DNA of 63,819 nucleotides, counting the filler, from Pelomyxa schiedti (lineage: Eukaryota > Protista > Evosea): assembly GCA_020536535.1 (NCBI GenBank). It is 10 parts of 10 records of this genome, joined end to end, with 100 filler letters (N's around TTAATTAATTAA, not from the genome) between each part and the next. Parts side by side here need not be neighbours in the genome. Positions count along the whole stretch, not along the records: positions 57,710 to 59,448 come from JAHLWZ010002298.1; positions 59,549 to 63,819 come from JAHLWZ010000098.1; 8 more parts are not named here. One strand, written 5' to 3'. The position numbers and the translations under genes were made by a program. Positions 57,710 through 63,819 of this stretch are shown in pieces. The notes under the pieces are model-generated. The model was not told the origin of the DNA and made no database searches. It saw only the letters and a program-made list of their open reading frames with translations. Positions within the stretch are counted from its first letter, which is position 1. Each line of letters starts with the position of its first letter.

Positions 57710-59188
57710 CAGCTGTGACATCATTACTGAATGCCCTCTTTGAGGTCTCGCAAGTGGGGATGAAAGAACACCGACAGAACTGTTCCCCTCATCCACTTTG
57801 AACATGCCAACATCTGAATGCCAAGCATCAAAGACATAAACACGAGAACCAGACTCTTTGAACAGAACAAGGGCGGCCCTGACACCACAAAGGTTAAACT
57901 TGGCTGTGAAGGTCGTGACGCTCAGTACTGTCAATCTTTTTGTTGACCATGATGTCTCCACGTGAACTCTCTTAATTGAAAATCTCTGCCAATCGCTAAA
58001 GTCACCAAGCTTGTGGATTGAGCACAAGATGCCCTCATCAGGGCGTGTGTTGCTGAAAAAAAACTGCGTGTTTAATGGGGTAGTCCAGCAGCCCACCACA
58101 CTGTCATCTTTGTCGGCTGGTAATGTGACTTGGAGCATTCCCTCTTGAGGGTTTTTCTCCCAAATGCTTGCAATCACAACTGAGGGTAGTTCTGAGGGTA
58201 TTCCTCCAAACAAGAAAAAGAACCATTTGGCATTGTGTGAGAAGCTGAACTGGTGAAAGTCATAGTACACCAGTCTCAAGCTCTTTCCACTTTCAATGTT
58301 TCTCAGACTGTACCCCGACACTCCCCAATGATCACCATTATTACACTCCACCACGTTGCATTGATTTGCATTGATCACCTTGCGTCCAACAGACCCACAC
58401 ACCCACCTGACATCATCACCAATGACTGAGCCCAAAATACCAGACACCCTGAATTGAGCCACACAACTGAATGGAATGGTGGAGTCAGGCTCAACCGGCA
58501 CAGAGAACAGCATCGTGACCTGGTGGCAGTACTCCCACACAATCCTGATTGCCAAGTGATTGCCGTCGCGCTGTTGCTCTTGATACTCCTCGTTGTGGTG
58601 ATGCAGGCGTGAAGGCAATGACAACAAGACCAAAGCAGACGGAGAGGAAGCATCAGCTGACGAGCCGACCTCAGAGGACGAAACCATGAAGTTGAGAAGG
58701 GAGCGGAGCTGCCCGCAACGAGGGTGTGTCACCATCAGCAACGAAACGAACTGCTCCCGCGCACTCAGCGAAACAGCAGCCGACAAGTGCCGCTCCGCCT
58801 TCTGCTGAGGTTGCTGTATCCCTTCCATGCCCAAAGACTCAGCTGCTGGTGCAGGCATAGCAGGGGGGTTCCACCCTTGCACCATTGTTGTGGTGGTGGC
58901 TCCAGTCATTTGGTTGGTGGGTGCTAGTTGTTGTGTTGTTATTGTTCCATCCAAAGACGACGACGACGAGGACGAGGACGTAGAAGAGTATGACGTCGTT
59001 CTCCCTTTTTTTGCAGGCGTCAGCTGCTGTTGGCGTTGTTGTGATGGTGGCGTCGGTATATTGTTGTTGTTACTGTTGTTGATTTCGGGGTTTTTTCTTC
59101 TCGGAGGCACTGGTGTTGAGGAGGCGGCATCTGCACCACCACCACGATGTGGTGGTTTGTCGTTGCTCCTACCATTGCGACCCATCAC
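57710..59188 (-). CDS. PRCG-header family protein with low-complexity N-terminus, 3' partial
   Basis: AREQFVSLLMVTHPRCG...IRIVWEY...QFRVSGILGSV, then a beta-rich region (FSHNAKWFFF, FSNTRPDEGIL). Confidence 0.75.
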
Positions 59189-59548
59189 TAAGAAAAAAAA
59201 TTAGTTTCATTATCGTTATCGTCGCTCAGGATCTGAATGAATGATCACCATACTGTCGACTGCGTGCTGATCGAGCCAAGCTTCATTGATGTGAGGAGTG
59301 ATGGCCGATGGATTCAGGGAATCTCGATGCGGTGATTGGGCGCCAAGTTGGCCAACTAATTATGGTCATTCACGGGAACGAGTGCGTTCAAGCTAACAGG
59401 CACCAGCCAACCGACCCACCTTATAAACCCCCTCTGTATCGTGTAAATNNNNNNNNNNNNNNNNNNNNNNNNNNNNNNNNNNNNNNNNNNNNTTAATTAA
59501 TTAANNNNNNNNNNNNNNNNNNNNNNNNNNNNNNNNNNNNNNNNNNNN

Positions 59549-62517
59549 TGTGTGTGTGTGTTCGCATGGTTAGAGGGGGAGAACAGGAGAAGATACGACA
59601 AGAGCAACAAACACACCTCAGAGCACACGACAACGTGACCACAGGGCTGGAAACGAACGTTGGGTTCCCTCTCATCACACATGAGGCACATTACCAACCT
59701 GTCGTGGCTGTTGTTGTTGGCTGATGACGATGGTGACGTTGCTGCAGTGCACCCTGGAAGTGTTGCTTCTGCTGCTGCTTCTCCTGGTGTTTGTTGTCTC
59801 TGGGATTCGCTGATGGAAGATGAAGTGGCCTTGGAAACAACGAGGTCAAAAACGGCCTGTTGAGCCTGAGGGAGCAACTGAGAGAGCTGAGACCACACAC
59901 AAGGCAACGAAATGAACTGCTCATCACCCTCCAGCCCTCGCATCAGCACCCACTTGGTTTTGTGTTCCCTCATCAGCTCCGAACATGACACTTGCATCTC
60001 CTCAATTTGCTTGTGTAGGTTTTGACCAAGTGTGAACTGTTCAGAGAGCTCCTTTGACAGAGTGGTGTGTTGGTCTGCAAGCTTGGCACACTCCCCAAAT
60101 CTGCACCCTTGAAGTTGAGTGAGTGTGTCTGTGAGTGTTGCCAGAAAATGGAAAGGTTCCACTTGTGTGGTGGTCTTGGAACCACCGGTGAGAATGTATT
60201 CTGGAGTTGGTTTCAACAAGTTTTCAGTGCCTGTTTCAGCAAATTAGGCCAGTGGTTCGTATTGAAGGAGAAGGGTCACACATTACCTTCAGGTGGTGAC
60301 GGTTCCAAGACGATTCCATCAACTGGTTTGACTCCCAACATCTTCTTTGTCAACTCTGAGATGTTCCTTGAGCACTGTTGAATCTCTGCCTCGCTGTTTT
60401 GAGCCGTCAGTGTCTGCCCAAGAACCTTCTTGCACGTGTTGCAAGTTTCGTCAAGTTGCTTTCCCAGTGTGTCCTTCANNNNNNNNNNNNNNNNNNNNNN
60501 NNNNNNNNNNNNNNNNNNNNNNNNNNNNNNNNNNNNNNNNNNNNNNNNNNNNNNNNNNNNNNNNNNNNNNNNNNNNNNGAGATGTTCCTTGAGCACTGTT
60601 GAATCTCTGCCTCGCTGTTTTGAGCCGTCAGTGTCTGCCCAAGAACCTTCTTGCACGTGTTGCAAGTTTCGTCAAGTTGCTTTCCCAGTGTGTCCTTCAA
60701 CGCTGCAAGGTCCCTCAGGTGTGATGTCAGCCCCTCGTTGTGCTGTGTGGCTCCTTGGAGGCTCCTGGTTATTTCGTTGAGTGACTCCTCAAGCAAGACA
60801 AACTCAGGTGCTGATTCTTTCAACTGGGTTCTGAGCTGTGCGGCCAGTTTGAATGTTTCCATCAGTTCAGGCAACACTGGTGCCGTGGTGGCTTCCATTG
60901 AGTTGGTTTTGTTGCCTGAACTCTCCTTCAAAGGAAGAAGTTGGGCTTCATCTTCATATTTTTGGAGTTGTTTCTGGAGTTGAGCCTGGAGTTGTTGGAG
61001 TTCCTCAATTTTCTGGTTGAGTGCCTGTTTGTATCCCCCCCCCCCAAGACCCCCAATCAGAAAAGGGGAAAAAAAAAGACACACACCTTGATCTCCTTTG
61101 TAAGTTGCTCGATACACAGCTGCAACTGTTTATTGGCTGCATTTAGTCTCTTGTTTGATTTTGATCAGAAAATGGAAAAAAATGGTTGTGCTGTTAACAC
61201 ACACACACACACACCTCGATCTCCTTGGTAAGTTCGTCGATATGCAGCTGCAACTGTTTTATGTGTGCCTTCAGTTTCTTGTTTGATCAGAAAAGAAAAA
61301 AATGGATGGAAAATGGCACTGTTGTTAACACACACACCTCGATCTCCTTTGTCAGTTCGTCGATACGCAGCTGCAATTGTTTTATGTGTGCCTTCAGTTC
61401 CTTGTTTGATCAGAAAAGAAAAAAATGACGTTGTCAACGCACACCTCGATCTCCTTTATCAGTTGCTCGATACGCAGCTGCAACTGTTTCTTGTCTGCAT
61501 TCAGTGCCTTGTTTGATCAGAAAAGAAAAAAATGGTGACGCTGTTAACACACACCTCAATAATCTCAAACGGTGGTGCCCCCATCTTGTGTTGCTGGAAC
61601 ATGTTGTTGCTGTTGAGGATGCCTCTCACCTGCACCATGTTGCGCCCCTCAGAAGAGGGCAGTGTCGCAACACCCTCCCCTTGCAGCTCCCAATCACCAC
61701 CATGCGTGAAGGTGCCTTCAAACATGTCACCGTTTGGCCACCTCATCGTTCCCTTCTTTGGCGCACCCATCTCCCACAACCCCGTGAATGATGAACCGTC
61801 ACATGCCAACATCTTTGTGCCTTCACCGTTCACATTGCCACGCACCCAATGGCCCTCGTACCTGTCACCGTTTGCCGACAGCCTCACGCCCCAACCGTGG
61901 AACATGTCATCCTTCCACTCCCCAACGTAGCTCCCTCCACTTTCAAACAGCATGCTACCATTCCCCCTCTTCTTGCCGTGGTCGAACTGGCCGTGGTAGA
62001 TGTCACCCGATCCATCAGGTGTCCACGTGCCACTCCCGTGCCACTTGTCTCTGTCCCACTCACCCTCATACACCGTCTCCCTTGTATCACCACCCCCGCC
62101 CACTCTCTTCACTTGCCTGCTCTGCACTCCCCACCCTTGCATCGAATACCCAGTGGTTGTTTCCATCCACTCACCAGATTGGACGTCGACGTTGTTACTG
62201 TTGTGCCACGTCCCCCTCACCCACCTGCCGTCCCTCCACAGGCCCTCGTACCACGACCCATCGGGGAAGTGTTGCACGCCCCAGCCGTCCCTCTTGTCGT
62301 TGTGGTACTCGCCCTCATAGGTGCTGCCGCTGGGCCACTTGTACGCCCCACGGCCTTGCCTCTTGTCGTCTTTCCACTCCCCATCGTAGGAAGTGCCTTC
62401 GGGCCAACTGCAGGTGCCGCTGCCGTCACGTTTGCCGTTTACGAGGCGCCCCGTGTAGGTGCCCTTGCCTGGTAACGTTTCATCCACGACCATCTTTGTG
62501 CACGTTGTTGCCGACAT
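59549..62517 (-). CDS. MORN-repeat + coiled-coil + C-terminal RING (IAP/MDM2-like) E3 ligase, last exon missing in this copy
   Basis: MORN repeats YxGxWxxDKRxGxG. Four 63-nt coiled-coil exons. RING CLMCDEREPNVRFQPCGHVVVCSE. Confidence 0.88.
61087..61507 (-). repeat. Four tandem exon+intron units, each exon 63 nt (21 aa)
   Basis: Exons at 61445-61507, 61338-61400, 61215-61277 and 61087-61149 encode xLxAxxKQLQLxIxxLxKEI(E/K). Each has a CAAG acceptor and a GTGT donor. Confidence 0.88.
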
Positions 62518-62645
62518 TGAACCTCCTTCAAGATTTCGTTGCTTTGCTTCTCAGATTTGACACAGACATCAAACCAGTTGAAAGGCTCTGCTCATAATCG
62601 ATTTTTTAATCAACGCAACAACTAAAACAGGTGTTGGGGGTCGTT

Positions 62646-62906
62646 TCAGTCCTTTTCCTCAAACACGACGATGCCTCTCCCCTTGCCCTTGTCGTTCATG
62701 CTGTTGTGCATGTCGATGACACAGAGCTGATCCCTGGCAAGGGAGCCGGTGTATCTCACGGTGTAGCCCTCCCAGGGTGACGAGAACGTTGCGGTGGCGT
62801 CGAGGGCGCCGGTTCTTCGGTTGTATGTCCCCGACAGCGTCTTGGTTGGTGCCGACGGGTCGTTGTCGTTGCGGCATGTTCCGTAAACGTTGTCATTCTC
62901 GTCAAC
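62646..62906 (-). CDS. Last exon of a small beta-rich hypothetical protein
   Basis: After acceptor TTTCAG: VDENDNVYGTCRND...LSGTYNRRTGALDATATF...YTGSL...GRGIVVFEEKD stop. The upstream exon was not identified. Confidence 0.5.
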   Translation of the reverse strand, partial: VDENDNVYGTCRNDNDPSAPTKTLSGTYNRRTGALDATATFSSPWEGYTVRYTGSLARDQLCVIDMHNSMNDKGKGRGIVVFEEKD

Positions 62907-63628
62907 CTGAAATATGTTATGTTTGGTTGGGCTGTAATTACTAATTTTTTTATATTTAGTTTTGTTGTTTCTTTACTATTAATTGTTTGTTGTTATTGCA
63001 AGGTGTGTCGGGAGGGGAACACGTTGCACCACTCCGTTCCTTTCGGCCGTTGCCCAAAAAAAAAAAAAAAAGTGTTTATGCGGCCGACCTCTATGTAGCC
63101 CCGAAAATTTTTAAATAAAGATGTGGTGTTTCACCAAAAAAACCGAGCCCGACCACAAAAAAAACCGACAGAACAACAACACCACATCACTTGGCTACAC
63201 CACCGCACGCAACGCACGTAGGACGCAACACTAACTAAAATTTTCAATCAAGGAATCCTTGATTCCGATAATTTGATAAATCGACCCTGAGTCTAGGCAG
63301 AGTGTGTTATCTCTGGGATGGACTCTTTCCTATGTGTTTAATGACTTCCAGGATTTTTTTCCTGAGGATCTGCTCTATTTTCAGAGTTAGTAAGGTCCAA
63401 GTGAAGAAAAAAACATAATTTTGTGCCAAAGTTCCCTTAAAAGGAATTTTGATTTGAGTTGCCTCAATTGTGAGGGTCTTCGCTATTGTTGATGAAGCAG
63501 TTGGCCAATCTATAAATCATCACCTCTACTTCCCCTCCCACATCCAATCGTGCACCCTTAAACACTGAGCACTAAGAACTTCATTTTATTCTTTCTATTT
63601 GTATTCCTTTTGACAAAATAGATTCTGA

Positions 63629-63819
63629 TCAGGAAAGGGACTGCTTGAGCTGAATGGGTGTGCGGCACGTTGTGCACCTCTTCATGACTGTTGAGCACTG
63701 TGTGTGTGTGTTCGCATGGTTAGAGGGGGAGAACAGGAGAAGATACGACAAGAGCAACAAACACACCTCAGAGCACACGACAACGTGACCACAGGGCTGG
63801 AAACGAACGTTGGGTTCCC
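63629..63819 (-). CDS. 3' end of a second MORN-RING gene copy (RING-completing exons)
   Basis: The end of the window (about 63699-63819) repeats 59549-59669. Exon 63629-63697 encodes CSTVMKRCTTCRTPIQLKQSLS stop, completing the RING. Confidence 0.8.
   Translation of the reverse strand, partial: EPNVRFQPCGHVVVCSEVCLLLLSYLLLFSPSNHANTHTQCSTVMKRCTTCRTPIQLKQSLS

Noticed and set aside
9220-59504. Recurrent TTAATTAATTAA palindrome as a regulatory or recombination site
   Set aside because: It is always embedded in N padding and gives stops in all six frames, so it is an artificial concatenation linker.
1-63819. Apparent cluster of ubiquitin-system genes (RBR, UBX, TRIM, ZnF-UBP, RING)
   Set aside because: The genes lie on different, artificially joined scaffolds, so their proximity carries no information.
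61204-63819. CRISPR-like or other prokaryotic systems anywhere in the window, including the regular ~110-125-bp repeats near 61087-61507
   Set aside because: The repeats are exon-intron units. The window is spliceosomal-intron-rich eukaryotic DNA with no cas, rRNA or operon-like features.

Overview
This is intron-rich eukaryotic genomic DNA with short (mostly about 40-90 nt) GT-AG introns. It is not one locus. About ten scaffold pieces are joined by N-padded TTAATTAATTAA six-frame-stop linkers (9220, 19345, 21046, 31728, 35612, 53874, 56378, 57654, 59493). Internal N-gaps flanked by ~120-nt duplications also occur, plus one inverted chimera typical of whole-genome amplification. Gene content suggests a free-living amoebozoan, possibly an archamoeba such as Pelomyxa (inference only). 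Recognisable genes: RBR E3 ligase, MYND protein, cAMP-receptor-like GPCR, SLC35F6, DUF1624/HGSNAT-like membrane protein, FAF2-like UBX protein, FERM-LRR protein, RING/B-box/coiled-coil plus Sel1 protein, TSET subunit TTRAY2/TstF, Crinkler-type NTPase-REase, three ankyrin-like paralogs, a secreted glycoside-hydrolase-like protein, casein kinase 1, two defective hAT transposons, Rho GTPase, Sel1 protein and a MORN-coiled-coil-RING gene. The strongest novelty candidates are (1) a ZnF-UBP-like zinc finger fused to an intact M28 metallopeptidase with no signal peptide, (2) three highly divergent beta-rich proteins sharing an N-terminal A-x2-Q-(F/M)...PRC(G) header, (3) the CR-NTPase/REase protein whose nuclease motif is only completed by splicing, and (4) an atypical CAAX-less Rho with G12T/G60A/Q61L-type substitutions. 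Exon boundaries were inferred by eye and are approximate unless stated.
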